From the NCBI GenBank assembly GCA_018003515.1, contig JAGNDO010000020.1:6742-70741 (forward strand): DNA of 64,000 nt, given 5' to 3'. The DNA is from Caldilineaceae bacterium (GTDB taxonomy: Bacteria; Chloroflexota; Anaerolineae; Caldilineales; Caldilineaceae). Position numbers and translations under genes: made by a program. The notes beneath the pieces are model-generated. The model made no database searches, had not been told where the DNA came from, and saw only the letters and a program-made list of their open reading frames with translations. Of the stretch, positions 46,112-62,928 are shown piece by piece (the first letter of the stretch is position 1; each line of letters starts with the position of its first letter).

Positions 46112-47749
46112 TTATGCCAAAACCGGTTCCGCCGCCGCCGCGACCAACTTGGCCTGGGCTTCTCGGTCGGTGATGATGAAGTATTCCACCGAGTCAGAGA
46201 GGGCGATCCAACTGGCTTCGATGATGTTGGTGCTGGCCCCGACCGTGGTCCAGGTGCGCTCGCCGTCGGCGAAGTCGATCAGGACACGGGTCATGGCCGC
46301 GGTGCCGCTGGCGCTGTCCAGGATGCGCACTTTGTAGTCGGTGAGATGCACAGCCCGCAGTCGGGGATAGTATTTGGCCAGGGCCTTGCGCAAGGCCCGG
46401 TTGAGGGCGTTGACCGGGCCGTTGCCCTCGGCCACCTCGTGCAGGATCTGATCCCCCACCTGCACTTTGACCGTGCCTTCGGAGAACATGCCCCGGCCCC
46501 GGCGGTGTTCCACGGCGGCCGTGTAGTCGATCATCTCAAAGGGCGAGACATAGCCGGGCCGCACCCGGCGCAGCATGAGATCCACGCTGGCCTCGGCGCT
46601 CTCGAAGGCGAAACCGGCGTTTTCCAGCTCTTTGATCTGCTGCAAAACCTCCCGCTCTTCGGCTAGGCTCAGCCCTTTCAGGCCGAACTCCTTGCGCTTG
46701 ACCGCGATGTTGTCCTTGCCGCTCAGTTCGCTGAGCAGGACGCGGGTCTCGTTGCCCACCAGCCCTGGCTCGATGTGCTGATAGCTCATCACATTCTTGA
46801 CCACGGCGTTGACGTGGGTGCCGCCCTTGTGGGCAAAGGCGCTCTGGCCCACAAAGGGCTGATGGCCCTCCGGGCTGAGGTTGGCTAGTTCGCTGACATA
46901 GCGGCTGATCTCGGTCAGATGGGAGAGCTTTTCCGGGGGCACACAGTTATACCCCATTTTGAGTTGCAGATCCGGGATCACGCTGATCAGGTTGGCATTG
47001 CCGCAGCGCTCGCCATAGCCGTTGATGGTGCCTTGCACCTGCACAGCCCCCCGGCGCACGGCCTCCAAGGTGTTGGCCACCCCGGTCTCGCTGTCGTTGT
47101 GGGCGTGGATGCCCAAGGTCACCCGGTCGGAGATGGGGGACGATCCGTCCAGCCCCAACTCCCGGCGCACATCGTCGATGGCCTCGCCCACTTGCCAGGG
47201 CAGGCCGCCGCCGTTGGTGTCGCACAGCACCACACTGTCCGCGCCGCCCAACATGGCGGCTTGCAGGGTGGAGAGGGCATATTCCGGGTTGGCTTTGTAG
47301 CCGTCAAAAAAGTGTTCGGCGTCGTAGACCACCTCTTTGCCCTGGGCCTTGAGATAGGCCACCGAGGCCCGGATCATACGCAGGTTTTCGGGCAGGGTGG
47401 TGCGCAACACCTCGGTGACATGCATGTCCCAGGTCTTGCCGAAGAGGGTGACCACGGGCGTGTTGGCCTGGATCAGCAGTTGAATTTGGGGGTCATCCGC
47501 CGGGTCCGTGTCGGCCCGACAGGTGGAGCCGAAGGCCGTCACCTTGGCATGGCGCAGGGAAAGTTCCCGCTGGGCCCGGTCAAAAAACTCCATGTCCTTG
47601 GGGTTAGAGCCGGGCCAGCCGCCCTCGATATAGTCCACGCCGAAGTCGTCGAGTCGGCGGGCGATTTTTAGTTTATCCTCCGCGCTCAGGTTCACCCCTT
47701 CCCCCTGGGTGCCGTCGCGTAGGGTTGTGTCGTAGATTTGGATGTGCAT
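46112..47749 (-). CDS. cimA: (R)-citramalate synthase / 2-isopropylmalate synthase family (CimA-type length and N-terminus)
   Basis: The N-terminus is IYDTTLRDGTQGEGV. It has an HMGL-like barrel plus a LeuA-type C-terminal regulatory domain. 545 aa. Confidence 0.8.
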   Translation of the reverse strand: MHIQIYDTTLRDGTQGEGVNLSAEDKLKIARRLDDFGVDYIEGGWPGSNPKDMEFFDRAQRELSLRHAKVTAFGSTCRADTDPADDPQIQLLIQANTPVVTLFGKTWDMHVTEVLRTTLPENLRMIRASVAYLKAQGKEVVYDAEHFFDGYKANPEYALSTLQAAMLGGADSVVLCDTNGGGLPWQVGEAIDDVRRELGLDGSSPISDRVTLGIHAHNDSETGVANTLEAVRRGAVQVQGTINGYGERCGNANLISVIPDLQLKMGYNCVPPEKLSHLTEISRYVSELANLSPEGHQPFVGQSAFAHKGGTHVNAVVKNVMSYQHIEPGLVGNETRVLLSELSGKDNIAVKRKEFGLKGLSLAEEREVLQQIKELENAGFAFESAEASVDLMLRRVRPGYVSPFEMIDYTAAVEHRRGRGMFSEGTVKVQVGDQILHEVAEGNGPVNALNRALRKALAKYYPRLRAVHLTDYKVRILDSASGTAAMTRVLIDFADGERTWTTVGASTNIIEASWIALSDSVEYFIITDREAQAKLVAAAAEPVLA

Positions 47750-47762
47750 GATCGTGTACTTT

Positions 47763-48536
47763 CTATTCTCTTAAATCATCAATACTCTCAAAAATCTTGT
47801 CCGGCCAGATGCCGTGGCTGAGGTCTTCCCGGCGGAAGCGGCCGGTCTTGACCAGCCAGCCCTGCATCCCCATCTGTTGGCTGCCCCGCACATCGATCTC
47901 GATGTCGTCGCCGATCATGGCCACCCGATCCGGGGCCAGGCCCAGATCGTCCAGCACCCGGCGGAAGTAGGCGGCGCTGGGCTTGCCCATCACCACCGCG
48001 CCCACGCCGGCCGCGTATTCCAGGGCCATCACAAAGGGACCGGCGTCCAAAAAGAGACCGTCCTCCGTGCGCCAGAAGCGTTTTTTGTGCAGGGCCACCA
48101 ACTGCGCCCCGTTGAGCAAGGCCCGAAAAGCCTTGTTCAGCCGGGAAAAGTTGAAGCCCGACCCAATATCCCCCACCACCACAAACTCCGGCGTCTCCTC
48201 GTCCACGTCCAGACCGACAAACTCCGCCTGGGCGTCGGGCAGGATCAGGGGATAGTAGCGGGTAGCTCCCTGGCTGCGCAGATATTCTGCGGCCACGAAG
48301 GTTGGGGTAATCAGGTGATCCATCTGCATGGAAAAGCCCAGGGCCTGCATGCGCTCTTGCAAAGTATAGCGGCAGTAGATGGTGGAGTTAGTCAGGTAGC
48401 GCACCTGAATCCCCCGGGCGCGAACAGAGGCCAAAGCCTCCACAGCGCCCGGAATCACCTCATTGCCGATGGTCAGTACCCCATCAATATCGACCAGGAG
48501 TGCGTCGATTGTGTCGAGAACGTTCATGTTTGTCAT
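47763..48536 (-). CDS. HAD-IIA family hydrolase
   Basis: Carries the DIDGVL motif I and the later GD..D motif. ATGA overlap with the ppc stop. Confidence 0.75.
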   Translation of the reverse strand: MTNMNVLDTIDALLVDIDGVLTIGNEVIPGAVEALASVRARGIQVRYLTNSTIYCRYTLQERMQALGFSMQMDHLITPTFVAAEYLRSQGATRYYPLILPDAQAEFVGLDVDEETPEFVVVGDIGSGFNFSRLNKAFRALLNGAQLVALHKKRFWRTEDGLFLDAGPFVMALEYAAGVGAVVMGKPSAAYFRRVLDDLGLAPDRVAMIGDDIEIDVRGSQQMGMQGWLVKTGRFRREDLSHGIWPDKIFESIDDLRE

Positions 48537-51310
48537 CCTGTATTCTGTAAACCCGCGGCGATACCGTTGACCGAGAGCAGGACTACCTGGCGCAGATTTG
48601 GATCTTCGGAAAGTTCCGGCTCCCGCTGAATGCGTTTGAGCAGGGCGACCTGAATGTAATTCATCGGATCCACATAAGGGTTGCGCAGGTTGATGCTGCG
48701 CTGCAACCACTTTTCGTTGTCCAACAACTTCTCCTGGCCGGTGATGGAGAGGATCACCGCCTCCGTGCGATTGTACTCGTCCTCGATGGTGCCGAAGATC
48801 ACCTGGCGGATGTCGACGTCGGCCAGTTCGGCATAAAGGGGGGCGATCACCATGTCCGCCCGGCGCATGCTGACCTGGGCCCGATCGATCACCGTGCGGA
48901 AGAAGGGCCAGGCCGCGTACATCTCCTGAAGCTGGGCCAAGCGTGCGTCCGCATCACCGGCGGCGATCCACTCGGCAATGCCCGACCCCAAGCCGTACCA
49001 GCCCGGCAGGTTGACCCGGCTCTGGGTCCACGAGAAGACCCAGGGGATGGCCCGCAGGTCGCCGATCCCCTTGCTGCTGCTACGCTTGGAGGGGCGGGAG
49101 CCGATGTTGAGCTGGCCAATCGGGGTGATGGGGGTGGCCTGATGGAAGTAGCGCAAAAAGGCCGGGTCCGTCACCAAGGCCCGATATTTGTGCTCCGAAA
49201 AGCGGCTCATCTCACTCACCACCCCGGACCACACCTCCTCCTGGGCCACGGCGGGGCGTTTGCCGCTGGACAACAGCACCGCGTTGACCAACTGTTCCAA
49301 ATGACGGTGGCCGATGGCCTTGTTGTCATAGCGGGCGCTGATCACCTCGCCCTGCTCCGTGAGCTTGATGCGGCCCCGGATGGACTCCGGCGGCTGGGCC
49401 AAAATGGCCCGGTTGGCCGGTCCGCCCCCGCGGCCAATGGATCCGCCCCGCCCGTGGAAGAGGGTGAAGCGCACACCGTGGGCGTCGCAGGTGCGGGCCA
49501 GGGCGCGCTGGGCTTGGTAGAGCATCCACGTGGCCCGCAGATAGCCGCCATCTTTGTTTGAATCGCTGTAGCCGATCATGATCTGCTGCTGATTGGCCCG
49601 CTGCACCAGATGGGCCTGATAGACCGGGTTCTCAAAAATGGCCGTCATGGTGGCCGGGGCATCTTCCAGATCCTCGATGGTCTCGAAGAGGGGCACCACG
49701 TCGATCTGGCCGAAGAGGCCGGCATCCTTGGCAAAGAGCAGCACCTCCAGCATGTTGCTGACCTCCGTGGTCATGCTGATGATGTAGGTCTGGATGGCCT
49801 CCGGGCCGATCTCCTCGTGGGCCAGTCGGATCAGGCGGAAGAGGCCCAGGATCTCGTTGGTTTCCTCGCTAAAGTCCAGCCGGGCGGTGAGGGGGCGGGG
49901 GCTTGCGATCTCTCGGGAGAGCAGGGCCACCCTCTCGGCTTCGGGCAGGTCGGCATAGGAGAGGCCGGGGTTGTATCGCTCCAACACCTCGGTCATGGCC
50001 GCCCGGTGTTTGCCGGAATGTTGGCGGATGTCCATGGTGGCCAGGTGAAAGCCAAAGACCCTGGCCTGGCAGACCAGCGAGGCGAGCCGTCCGGCGGCCA
50101 GCCGCTCGCCCTGGTTGGCCCGCAGACTTTCTTGGATCAACTTGAGGTCGGTCAAGAATTCGGAGGCATGATGATAGGCCCTGGGGTTGTGGACCCGGTC
50201 CTTCCAGGCCTGCTCGGTCTCGGCCACGGTGGCCATCAACCGCCGGAAGACCAGGATCAGCTTTTGGCGGTACGGCTCCAGGCTGAATCGCTCCAATACG
50301 TCCAACTCAGCCGCCGGAACCCTGGCTAGATCCCGTTCCAAGCTATCCAAAAAGGGCCGGGAAAAGCCCTGGTGGGTTTGAGCCACGGAAAGATGCTCGT
50401 ACAACCCCTCCACGGCCTGGGCGTAGAGTTTAAGGATACGCCCCTTCTGTTCCCGCAGAGTGTCCTCGGTGACTTGCAGGGTGACATAGGGGTTGCCGTC
50501 CCGGTCCCCGCCCATCCACGTGCCGTATTGCAGGAAGACCGGCAGGTCAAAGCGCTCGCCGGGGAAGTAGCGGGCCAGGGCCGCGTCCACCTCTTGATAG
50601 ATGCGGGGAATCAGGTCGAAGAGGGTGGTTTCGATGAAATAAAGCCCGTGACGCACTTCGTCCAGCACCGTGGGGCGGCGGTCCCTGGTTTCGTCGGACT
50701 GCCAGAGCGTGACCACAATCTCCCGGATGCTGTCCAGCAGTTCGGTCTCCTCCACGGGCAGCAGATCGTGGAGATCCAGGTCATAGAGCATGGCGGCGAT
50801 GGCCCGCAACTTGAGCAGGATGGTGCGCCGGGTGGCCTCCGTGGGGTGGGCGGTGAAGACGGGCAGGATATACAATTCGGCCAGAAGGTGGCGGATCTCG
50901 TCCGCGGTCAGCCCCTCTTCGGCCAAGCGGGCCACGGCCTCGGCGATGGTCTCCCGATAGGGCACGTCCTGCTCCTGGGCGATCTGGGAGCGCTGGCGCA
51001 GCACCCGCACCCGCTGCTGCTCCTCGGCCAGGTTGATCAGCAAAAAGTAGGTCGTGAACGCTTTCAGCACGGCGCGCGTACGCTCGAAGTCCTGAACCAA
51101 CTCCCCGGTCAGGGCCTGGATGCGCTCACCGGCCCCGGCGTCCCCTTGGCGCTGAGCCTTGGTCAACGCCCGCAGCTCCTCTTCCAGCGCGAAGACCTGC
51201 GCGCCTTCCTGCTCTACAATCGTTTCGCCCAGCAAATTGCCCAAAAGCCGGATCGTCTCCCGCAGTTGGGCCTGGGTTGCTTCGGCGGAGCCGTTGGTTG
51301 GTTCAGTCAT
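48533..51310 (-). CDS. ppc: Phosphoenolpyruvate carboxylase
   Basis: 925 aa with [18 protein letters not shown] and a C-terminal ...[11 protein letters not shown]. Confidence 0.93.
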   Translation of the reverse strand: MTEPTNGSAEATQAQLRETIRLLGNLLGETIVEQEGAQVFALEEELRALTKAQRQGDAGAGERIQALTGELVQDFERTRAVLKAFTTYFLLINLAEEQQRVRVLRQRSQIAQEQDVPYRETIAEAVARLAEEGLTADEIRHLLAELYILPVFTAHPTEATRRTILLKLRAIAAMLYDLDLHDLLPVEETELLDSIREIVVTLWQSDETRDRRPTVLDEVRHGLYFIETTLFDLIPRIYQEVDAALARYFPGERFDLPVFLQYGTWMGGDRDGNPYVTLQVTEDTLREQKGRILKLYAQAVEGLYEHLSVAQTHQGFSRPFLDSLERDLARVPAAELDVLERFSLEPYRQKLILVFRRLMATVAETEQAWKDRVHNPRAYHHASEFLTDLKLIQESLRANQGERLAAGRLASLVCQARVFGFHLATMDIRQHSGKHRAAMTEVLERYNPGLSYADLPEAERVALLSREIASPRPLTARLDFSEETNEILGLFRLIRLAHEEIGPEAIQTYIISMTTEVSNMLEVLLFAKDAGLFGQIDVVPLFETIEDLEDAPATMTAIFENPVYQAHLVQRANQQQIMIGYSDSNKDGGYLRATWMLYQAQRALARTCDAHGVRFTLFHGRGGSIGRGGGPANRAILAQPPESIRGRIKLTEQGEVISARYDNKAIGHRHLEQLVNAVLLSSGKRPAVAQEEVWSGVVSEMSRFSEHKYRALVTDPAFLRYFHQATPITPIGQLNIGSRPSKRSSSKGIGDLRAIPWVFSWTQSRVNLPGWYGLGSGIAEWIAAGDADARLAQLQEMYAAWPFFRTVIDRAQVSMRRADMVIAPLYAELADVDIRQVIFGTIEDEYNRTEAVILSITGQEKLLDNEKWLQRSINLRNPYVDPMNYIQVALLKRIQREPELSEDPNLRQVVLLSVNGIAAGLQNTG

Positions 51311-51333
51311 CTATTGAGTCCTATCGTGTTGAA

Positions 51334-51403
51334 TATCGAGTATCGTGTATCGAGTATTTTTCTGTGCGCCGAGACAAAAACACTCGATACACGATACTCG
51401 ATA
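51334..51403. repeat. Word-palindrome (TATCGAGTATCGTGTATCGAGTAT / mirror)
   Basis: Read directly; lies between the ppc start and the leuB stop. Confidence 0.8.
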
Positions 51404-51406
51404 GCT

Positions 51407-52495
51407 CTATTTCGTCAGCGCCGCTACCACCAGATCCCCCATCACCACCGTCCCCACCACTTCCGTGCCCGTGTGGGCGATGTCCCCCGTGCGCACGCCG
51501 TCGTTGAGGACCGTGTCCACGGCGGCTTCGATGGCGACGGCCTCGGCTTCCAGCCCCAGGCTGTGGCGCAGGAGCATGGCGCAGCTCAAAATCGTGCCCA
51601 GGGGGTTGGCGATGCCCTGGCCGGCGATGTCCGGCGCGCTGCCGTGGATGGGCTCGTAGAGGCCCAGAGGCAGATTGTGGCTGTTCATGATGTCCCCGAT
51701 GCTGGCCGAAGGCAACATGCCCATGGAACCGGCCAACATGGAGGCTTCGTCGGTCAAAATATCGCCGAAGAGATTTTCCGAGACTACCACGTCAAAGTCA
51801 GCCGGACGCCGGATCAAATACATGGCCATCGCGTCCACCAGCACATGCTCCACGGCCACGTCGGGATAGTCGGCCATCACCTCCACCGTCACCCGCCGCC
51901 ACAATCGACTGGAGGCCAGGACGTTGGCCTTGTCCACGCTGGTCAGCTTGCCGCTGCGGCCTTTGGCTGCGATGGCGGCCAACCGCACCACCCGCTCGAT
52001 CTCCGGGCGGGTGTAGAGCATGGTGTCGAACGCCTCGAAGCCCTCCGGTCCGGCCTCTTGGCGGGGACCGAAATAGGCACCGCCGGTCAGTTCCCGCACG
52101 ACCAGCAGATCGACCCCGGCCAGGGTCTCCTCTTTGATGGTAGACGCGCTGATCAGTTGCGGGTGCAGCTTGACCGGGCGCAAATTGGCAAAGAGGTTGA
52201 GGGCCTTGCGGATGGCCAGCAGCCCCCGCTCCGGGCGGTCCACGGCGTTGGGGTTGTCCCACTTCGGCCCGCCCACCGCGCCCAGCAGGACAGCGTCCGC
52301 GGCTTTGGCCGCGGCCACGGTCTCGTCGGGCAGGCTGGTGCCCAGGGCGTCGATGGCACAGCCGCCCATCAGGTGATCTGCATAGTCAAAGGTGTGGCCG
52401 AAGCGGCTGCCCACGGCGTCCAGCACCTTCTTGGCTTCGTTGGTCACTTCCGGACCGATGCCGTCACCGGCTAGAACTACGATTTTGGCGTTCAA
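51407..52495 (-). CDS. leuB: 3-isopropylmalate dehydrogenase
   Basis: Contains [24 protein letters not shown]-like ([10 protein letters not shown]) and GSAPDIAG. Confidence 0.92.
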   Translation of the reverse strand: MNAKIVVLAGDGIGPEVTNEAKKVLDAVGSRFGHTFDYADHLMGGCAIDALGTSLPDETVAAAKAADAVLLGAVGGPKWDNPNAVDRPERGLLAIRKALNLFANLRPVKLHPQLISASTIKEETLAGVDLLVVRELTGGAYFGPRQEAGPEGFEAFDTMLYTRPEIERVVRLAAIAAKGRSGKLTSVDKANVLASSRLWRRVTVEVMADYPDVAVEHVLVDAMAMYLIRRPADFDVVVSENLFGDILTDEASMLAGSMGMLPSASIGDIMNSHNLPLGLYEPIHGSAPDIAGQGIANPLGTILSCAMLLRHSLGLEAEAVAIEAAVDTVLNDGVRTGDIAHTGTEVVGTVVMGDLVVAALTK

Positions 52496-52630
52496 GGGAC
52501 GGGCCTTTCTAATTGAGAATTGAGATTTGAGAATTAGGAATTTTTAATTTGTGGGGGGATGCAAGTGGTTTGGAGATTGCAATCCCGGTCTCCGCCACAA
52601 TTTTTGCCTTTTGCACTTTGCCTTTTGCCT

Positions 52631-53377
52631 TCACCCGACCGGAAGCCGTTCGGATTCCCATTCAAAGAAACCTTGGGTGTCGAGAATATGGTCGGCCAGG
52701 TCGGCGGCTAGGCGATAGCGGTCGGCGATGTCACCGGTTTGGGTGAATTGGCGGACCAGCCGATCGGCCACGGGATCCAGGGCAGCGAGACGGGTCAGTC
52801 GATCCTTGGGCCGGGGCAGGTAGACGTTAGCGGCCAGAAAGCGATAGTCCACCATGCGCTGGATGGCGTCACCCAGGATCAGCAGGCCCGTACTTGGATC
52901 GGCGTGCTGCATGTCCACGGCGTTTTCGTACAGATCAGCGGCCAGATAGCGCAGAAACAACAGATCTGCCGGCGATTTGTCCGGCGGCTGGGCCAAAGCT
53001 ACCTCGGCCTCGGCCACCAACCCCTGCACCACAGGATCCCGGTCCAAAACCACAAAGCCCGTGCTAAGCATGTGGGCGGTGACGGGTCGCCCGGCCTGTC
53101 GTTCGCTCTCGAAATAACCCCGAATGGCCGTGGGTGGGTTGATAAAGATCTCCGCCGGGACCGTCCCAAAGCGGCGCTGAATGCGCTGCCGCCACCCCGC
53201 TTCGTGGATCACATAGATGTCTAGATCGCTGTTCGGGCTAGGCGTGCCCCGGAGCACGCTGCCGCAGGCCACGATGCCCACGGGGTCCACCCGATCCAGC
53301 ACAAAGGCCACAGCCTCCCGCAAGGCCGATGCGTAGGGTTCGGCCAGATCCGGCCACTTTACGTCAAGGGTGCTCAA
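52631..53377 (-). CDS. Nucleotidyltransferase-domain protein (KNTase/ANT-like two-domain layout)
   Basis: Carries the GSVLRGTPSPNSDLDIYV motif followed by a helical C-terminal domain. ATGA-type overlap with fdhD. Confidence 0.6.
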   Translation of the reverse strand: MSTLDVKWPDLAEPYASALREAVAFVLDRVDPVGIVACGSVLRGTPSPNSDLDIYVIHEAGWRQRIQRRFGTVPAEIFINPPTAIRGYFESERQAGRPVTAHMLSTGFVVLDRDPVVQGLVAEAEVALAQPPDKSPADLLFLRYLAADLYENAVDMQHADPSTGLLILGDAIQRMVDYRFLAANVYLPRPKDRLTRLAALDPVADRLVRQFTQTGDIADRYRLAADLADHILDTQGFFEWESERLPVG

Positions 53378-54237
53378 GCGACCATCCCCGCAATGCGTTC
53401 GCGCCCGGCGTAGATATTGAAGCGTTCGCCCCGCAGAAAGCCGACCAAGCTCATGCCAAATTCTTGGGCCACCTCAACCGACAGACTGCTGGGGGCCGAC
53501 ACAGCGCAAACCATGGGCACCCCGGCCACCAAACATTTCTGCATAATTTCATAGCTGGCCCGCCCGCTGACCATGATGGCGTAGCGGTTGAGGGGCAGTT
53601 TGTTGGCCATCAACGCCCAGCCCACCAATTTATCCACCGCGTTATGTCGCCCCACATCTTCTCGGCAAACGAGCATCGTGCCGGTTTCATCAAAGAGCGC
53701 CGCGGCGTGCAGCCCGCCGGTGAGGGTAAAGAGGCGCTGGTTTGCCTCAAGCTGTCGGGGCAGATCGACGATCAGCTTCGGATCAAAGATCGGGCCGGCG
53801 GGGATGACCGGGCAACCTCGGATTTGCAGGGTCTCCAGCCCGGCCTTGCCGCACACCCCGCAGGCGCTGGAGGTGAAGAAATGGCGGTCCAGGCTGGGCA
53901 GATCCGGGATGGTGTCGGCCCGCAGGCTGACGTTGACGATGTTGTATTGCTGCTCGGCTTCCACGTCCACGCAGTAGGCGATGGTCGAGATTTCGTCCCG
54001 ATGGCCGATCACCCCCTCGGAGAAGAGGAAACCGGCAGCCAGTTCGAAGTCCGCGCCGGGGGTGCGCATGGTGACGGCCACGGTCTTGGTCTCGCCCCCG
54101 GCCAGCAGGCGGATCTCCAGAGGCTCCTCCGTGGCGATCTCGTCCGTGCGCAGGCGCTTGCTGGCCCCGTCCACGGACCAGACCCTGGCCTTGACTTTGC
54201 TCCCTGGCCGCGTGGTCATGTTGACCTTTAGGCCCAA
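53374..54237 (-). CDS. fdhD: Formate dehydrogenase accessory sulfurtransferase FdhD
   Basis: Contains SSACGVCGK, GGLHAAALF and EDVGRHNAVDK. Confidence 0.88.
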   Translation of the reverse strand: MGLKVNMTTRPGSKVKARVWSVDGASKRLRTDEIATEEPLEIRLLAGGETKTVAVTMRTPGADFELAAGFLFSEGVIGHRDEISTIAYCVDVEAEQQYNIVNVSLRADTIPDLPSLDRHFFTSSACGVCGKAGLETLQIRGCPVIPAGPIFDPKLIVDLPRQLEANQRLFTLTGGLHAAALFDETGTMLVCREDVGRHNAVDKLVGWALMANKLPLNRYAIMVSGRASYEIMQKCLVAGVPMVCAVSAPSSLSVEVAQEFGMSLVGFLRGERFNIYAGRERIAGMVA

Positions 54238-54823
54238 GCCGGTTGGCGGGCTTCGTGGGCGGCGACCGCGTCTTCCACGGCCTGAATGTAGCCCAGATCG
54301 TCCAGCCCCCGCAGCAGACAGGTCTTGCGGAAGGGGTCGATGTCGAAGCCCATCACCTGGCCGTCGGGCAGGGTGACGGTCTGGGAGGCCAGGTCGATGG
54401 CGATACGGGTCTCCGGGGCTTCTTCGATCAGATCCAGCAACATGCCCACGGTCTCCTCGGGCAACGTGACCGGAAGCAGCCCATTCTTGAGGCTATTGTT
54501 GTAAAAGATGTCGGCAAAACCCGGCGTGATCACCGCCCGAAAGCCGTACTCGGTCAGTGCCCATACCGCATGTTCCCGGCTGGAGCCGCTGCCAAAGTTG
54601 CGTCCGGCCAGCAGGATCTCGCTACCATTGTACTCGTCGTGGTTGAGTACAAAATCTGGCTTCGGGCTGCCGTCCGGGTTATAGCGCCAACTGGAGAAGA
54701 GGCCATCGCCCATGCCCTCTTTGGTCACCGCGGTCAAATAGCGGGCGGGGATGATCTGGTCCGTGTCCACGTTCTCCGCCCGCAGGGGGGCGGCGGTGGC
54801 GTTAAGCGTTGTGAATTGTTGCA

Positions 54824-54824
<1 letters not shown>
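54228..54824 (-). CDS. leuD: 3-isopropylmalate dehydratase small subunit
   Basis: Typical LeuD sequence (NVDTDQIIPARYL, GRNFGSGSSREHA). Confidence 0.92.
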
Positions 54825-56230
<1,406 letters not shown>

Positions 56231-56261
56231 AAATTCCTCCGTCATTTTAGGTGTGTTCAAC

Positions 56262-56597
56262 TCAAATATATTCAACGTGGTTTGCCATGTCTTCTGGCGT
56301 GTATACGGCACATAACAGGTCTAAAGCACTTACCCAGTCACCGATTCTATGTCTTTCCTGCACCCCAAACACAATCCCAGCATGAGATTTTCCCGAAGCG
56401 GCCAACACAAGGAAATCCGTGTCGGACGTAACCAAAACACGCCCCAATCGAATGGCCTGCTCAAAATGATCCTCATCCGAATCGCCTGCCATGCCAAGAT
56501 CGTGGACCGTGACAATATCGACACCCCGTCTGCGCAACTGGTCTGCAATCCTTGGGGATAGGTTCTCATCCAAATAGAGACGAATGGCGGCTGCCAA
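56262..56597 (-). CDS. DUF5615-family PIN-like protein (putative toxin)
   Basis: [11 protein letters not shown]...VLVTSDTDF is typical of the Mut7-C/DUF5615 PIN-like fold. It overlaps the upstream DUF433 gene. Confidence 0.65.
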   Translation of the reverse strand: MAAAIRLYLDENLSPRIADQLRRRGVDIVTVHDLGMAGDSDEDHFEQAIRLGRVLVTSDTDFLVLAASGKSHAGIVFGVQERHRIGDWVSALDLLCAVYTPEDMANHVEYI

Positions 56598-57129
56598 CGC
56601 GATTCTCCTTCATTTCATCGGCCAAGCGGCGGCGGTCTTCAATACTCTGGTCGATCTCGGCCTTGTGATCGTAGTAGAATGCAAGAGCAGAATAGACCTG
56701 TGGCAATGTCAACCGATAATGGTCAGCGATTTCTTCCGCCTCCATCATCGTAAAGACTTTGGCTACAGCAATATCTGCGACCGTAATCGTCGTTCCGACG
56801 ATGAATGGCCGCCCGTTACGAACTTGCGAGTTGATTGCAATCTGATCCAGTGCTTGAATTGTATTCGTAATCAAATGTCTCCTTCCCCGATCCGTTCGAT
56901 ACAGTTCTTTTAGATCGTGAAGCGAATTGATCGGGGCATCCTCCCCCTCTTCTTCATCCATCCGTTGCATGGTGTAGACCAAGGCGGCGTTTGCCCACTC
57001 GATTTCTTCCTGCCGTGCCGCGTCTTGCTCTGCCTTGGCAAGCAAGAACTCGACGAAATCAAGTACCTCCCGTTGGCGATCTCCAGGAAGTTTTTCTACC
57101 TCAGATTGAAGTTTCTCGATCACAAGCAT
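56566..57129 (-). CDS. DUF433-domain antitoxin-like protein fused to an N-terminal DUF2281-like segment
   Basis: The N-terminus is LP..RQREVLDFVEFLL. The C-terminus has VRNGRPFIVGTTITVADI...EEIADHY.LTLPQVYSALAFY (DUF433). Confidence 0.6.
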   Translation of the reverse strand: MLVIEKLQSEVEKLPGDRQREVLDFVEFLLAKAEQDAARQEEIEWANAALVYTMQRMDEEEGEDAPINSLHDLKELYRTDRGRRHLITNTIQALDQIAINSQVRNGRPFIVGTTITVADIAVAKVFTMMEAEEIADHYRLTLPQVYSALAFYYDHKAEIDQSIEDRRRLADEMKENRVGSRHSSLFG

Positions 57130-57175
57130 GGCTTTTACCCCACTTTCTGAATGAATCAACATGATGGCGAAGACC

Positions 57176-57242
57176 GTAGGTGCGGTTTTTAACCGCACAA
57201 CTCACTTTGCAGCGGGATCGTGCGGTTAAAAACCGCACCTAC
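57176..57242. repeat. Palindromic element GTAGGTGCGGTTTTTAACCGCAC..., copy 2
   Basis: About 90 percent identical to 11769-11835, in the same orientation. It lies 10 nt downstream of the gltB stop. Confidence 0.8.
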
Positions 57243-57251
57243 GTTTCCTCA

Positions 57252-61961
<4,710 letters not shown>

Positions 61962-62080
61962 AATAACGCCTCCTGGATTCGATAAATAGATGCTGAAGAT
62001 GCGTCCCGTCAAAGTGGAAACGCATTTTCAATTCAGGACGACGTCGTTGTCGGATTTCCGTCTGTGGGAACTGCCCCTTG

Positions 62081-62146
62081 GCCCCCAACTTTGGGGGAAC
62101 TGTCCACGACCTTCCCCAGACACTTGGGGGGTCCGGGGGCCGAACG
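62081..62146 (+). repeat. Dispersed G/C-rich repeat, copy 3 (partial)
   Basis: GCCCCCAACTTTGGGGGAACTGTCCACGACCTTCCCCAG... matches 403-506. Confidence 0.75.
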
Positions 62147-62331
62147 GGTCAGTGGGTACGGTCGGTGGATTCAAACCCGCAGCGGGGATCCTGCCTGTCG
62201 CTGTGGATAAGTCTTGACTATACCTTGATTTCCCAACTTGCGCAAAGGGGGAAGCTGAGGGGGTGAGCGGGTGAAGGGGTGAAGGGGTGAAGGGGTGATC
62301 TTCACTGCAACGATTCACCCGCTCACCCTTT

Positions 62332-62544
62332 GATACCGCTGTCCTATCTTACGAATCACTTACAATAACTGATTTTTCGATGCCGATTTGCTGTCTTTAC
62401 TCAAAAAAGACTGTTATGTTTACTGAAATCCACTCAAATCACCTAAAAATCGAGTGTTTTTGAGTAGATTTCGGAGGATTCGAGTGTTGCAAGCAGTTTT
62501 TTCGAGAGTTTAATCACAGTTTCGTAAGATAGGACAGCGGTATC
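62332..62544. mobile_element. MITE-like AT-rich element bounded by perfect 24-bp inverted repeats (GATACCGCTGTCCTATCTTACGAA)
   Basis: The TIRs are at 62332-62355 and 62521-62544, enclosing 165 bp of AT-rich sequence. It is embedded between GGGTGAGCGGGTGAA-word palindrome arms (62261-62328 and 62545-62582). Confidence 0.5.
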
Positions 62545-62574
62545 ACCCTTTCACCCGCTCACCCTTTCACCCGC

Positions 62575-62883
62575 TCACCCCTTCAACTTATACCCGTTCC
62601 CGTACACAATCACCTCAACGCCCCCGTCCACCAGGGAGGGGTGGCTGATCTTGACGCCCAGGACGCCGTCGTAGCCTTTGTCCTTGGCTTTGGCGTCCAG
62701 ATCCGCCAGGGCCTGATCTAGCGCGGTCTGGATCAACCCTTCGTAGTGAACCATGCGCCCGCCCACCAGGTTGCGCAGGTTCTCGCGCACATCCTTTACG
62801 ATGTTAGCGGCATAGACCGTCACCACGACAAGCAATTCGCCGATCTCCACGTCTTCATGAGGCACATCTAAAGCGACTAACAT
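62575..62883 (-). CDS. ybjQ: YbjQ/UPF0145 family protein
   Basis: 102 aa with typical YbjQ sequence ([12 protein letters not shown]...A...L...A...G.DGV.GV). Confidence 0.8.
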   Translation of the reverse strand: MLVALDVPHEDVEIGELLVVVTVYAANIVKDVRENLRNLVGGRMVHYEGLIQTALDQALADLDAKAKDKGYDGVLGVKISHPSLVDGGVEVIVYGNGYKLKG

Positions 62884-62928
62884 TTTTCGTCAAGGATGAT
62901 TGACCAATTGGAAACGACGGCAAGTTGA

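Noticed and set aside
50372-52474. 700-aa ORF on the plus strand
   Set aside because: It spans the antisense of ppc, the intergenic palindrome and leuB. It cannot be real because it crosses a non-coding hairpin element, and both opposite-strand genes are certain.
62150-62190. tRNA-like T-arm (GGTGGATTCAAACCCGC)
   Set aside because: The flanking 5-nt segments are not complementary, and no anticodon or acceptor stems could be built on either strand.
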